Source of the DNA: an uncultured Phycisphaerales bacterium
Lineage (GTDB): Bacteria > Planctomycetota > Phycisphaerae > Sedimentisphaerales > Anaerobacaceae
NCBI GenBank assembly: GCA_963772725.1
Contig: CAVYYI010000003.1
Span: forward strand, 288,001-352,000
DNA length: 64,000 nucleotides
Direction of reading: 5' to 3'
How positions within the stretch are numbered: the first letter of the stretch is position 1; each line of letters begins with the position of its first letter. The notes beneath the pieces were generated by a model, which was given only the letters and a program-made list of their open reading frames with translations, ran no database searches and had not been told where the DNA came from. Shown piece after piece: positions 62,961 through 64,000 of the stretch. A program made the position numbers and the translations under genes.

Positions 62961-63904
62961 TTAAGAGCGTCCCAACATTGGATGACAATAGCCTTTCGCT
63001 CCTATCGGTGTCGCGTTGCGAATTTCAGAGGCAATCTCTACGGAGGTTAATATATCTTTCGGACCAAAACCGTTGCCGGAAAGAATCTGACGATAACTCT
63101 CCGTATGAAGGTCCGCGAAGCCCTCTGAAAATTCCACCTCTTTGCCGTCAACCGTAATCGACCGGTACGTCGCGGCCTTACCCGGTTCAGGTGCAACCGG
63201 CAAATCACGCCGGTCAAGAGACAAAAACCATCTCACCCTGGCCTTTTCAAGTTCAAGAAAACCCGCTGCCCGCTTAGGCTCAGAAACGTGAACAATATTC
63301 TTTTTAACACCTCCAAAAATCCACGCCAGCATATCAAAAAAATGAATGCCGATATTCGTCGCTATTCCGCCCGACTTACTCACATCGCCCTTCCACGAAA
63401 CCATGTACCAGTGCCCCGCGAGGTTATATAAGTCAAATCAACATCGAAAATCTTGCCTTTAGGCGAATTATCTATGCTCTCCTTCAACGCTTTGATTGTT
63501 GGATGATACCTAAGCTGAAGAATGGTATTAATTCGCTTACCCGTCTCCTGCTCCATCTCTGTCAACGCCGTTACATTCCACGGATTAATCACAAGAGGCT
63601 TTTCGCAAATCGCGTCCGCCCCTATCCGTAGCGCGAACCTCACATGGGCATCGTGAAGATAATTCGGCGAACATATTGAAACATAATCCACCGAGTGACC
63701 TTTTTTGCGCTTTATCAAATCCAGATGGCGGTCAAACCTCTCAAATTCAGTAAAAAAATCCGCATCGGGGAAATATGAGTCAAGTATGCCCACAGAATCA
63801 CTCTTGTCCAAAGCGGCCACCAATGTATTTCCCGTCTCCTTAATAGCCTTTAAATGCCGCGGCGCAATATACCCGCCAACACCTATTAAAGCGAACTTTT
63901 TCAT
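62961..63904 (-). CDS. wbpB: WbpB/WlbA-like UDP-GlcNAcA 3-dehydrogenase (Gfo/Idh/MocA); frameshift near 63410
   Basis: GYIAPRHLKAI, FERFDRH, SPNYLHDAH, CEKPL, LQLR, SWKGD...TNIGIHFFD, EFSEGFADLH. Confidence 0.88.
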
Positions 63905-63953
63905 CTATTTACCCTTTTCATAAATTTAATCAGATGAAATCTGAGGTCACTTT

Positions 63954-64000
63954 TTACCGTACACGGTTTTTTATATACCAGTCAATCGTAGCCTTTAGAC
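63954..64000 (-). CDS. 3' end of a probable NAD-dependent epimerase (truncated by window edge)
   Basis: LKATIDWYIKNRVR*, a typical extended-SDR terminal helix. Confidence 0.55.
   Translation of the reverse strand, partial: LKATIDWYIKNRVR

Noticed and set aside
1047..63904. Programmed frameshifting or mass pseudogenisation to explain ~16 split genes
   Set aside because: Single indels hit unrelated genes, including housekeeping ones (ribBA, murF), with motifs intact and no common slippery signal; this fits long-read assembly error
1..64000. CRISPR array, rRNA, prophage, retron/DGR or other defence system
   Set aside because: No regularly spaced repeats and no cas, reverse transcriptase, integrase or phage structural ORFs were seen

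Overview
This is bacterial chromosomal DNA from a Gram-negative-type organism (LptB, PEP-CTERM protein). Gene content and an orphan dnaA suggest Planctomycetota, possibly Phycisphaerae; that assignment is inference only. The window has three blocks. (1) 1-7917 is the tail of a + strand surface-glycan locus: an FGE-domain membrane protein, a His-type PLP/PMP sugar 3-dehydratase, a B12 radical SAM enzyme, a GT2, and a methyltransferase split by a complete IS66 element with 21-bp IRs and an 8-bp target duplication. (2) 8039-33485 is a housekeeping segment: stand-alone B12-binding protein, EEP lipoprotein, two DUF4056-like paralogues, cdaA/cdaR-like pair, murE-murF-mraY behind an rpmH (L34) gene missed by the ORF track, tRNA-His, pilT, ribBA, lptB-def-fmt-rsmB, dnaA with upstream DnaA boxes, and a LamG/PEP-CTERM gene. 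(3) 33495-64000 is a ~30 kb minus-strand Wzx/Wzy-type polysaccharide locus ending in a transketolase/epimerase-GT2/membrane-protein module. About 16 genes carry single-base frameshifts, most likely long-read assembly errors. The most notable signal is the sigma70 promoter of the PEP-CTERM gene, which sits between two inverted sites with tyrosine-recombinase-like architecture and is a candidate invertible (phase-variable) promoter. Also notable are a sharp C-to-G strand-composition switch near 27.0 kb and several enzymes with substituted catalytic motifs. No CRISPR array, rRNA, prophage or reverse transcriptase was seen.
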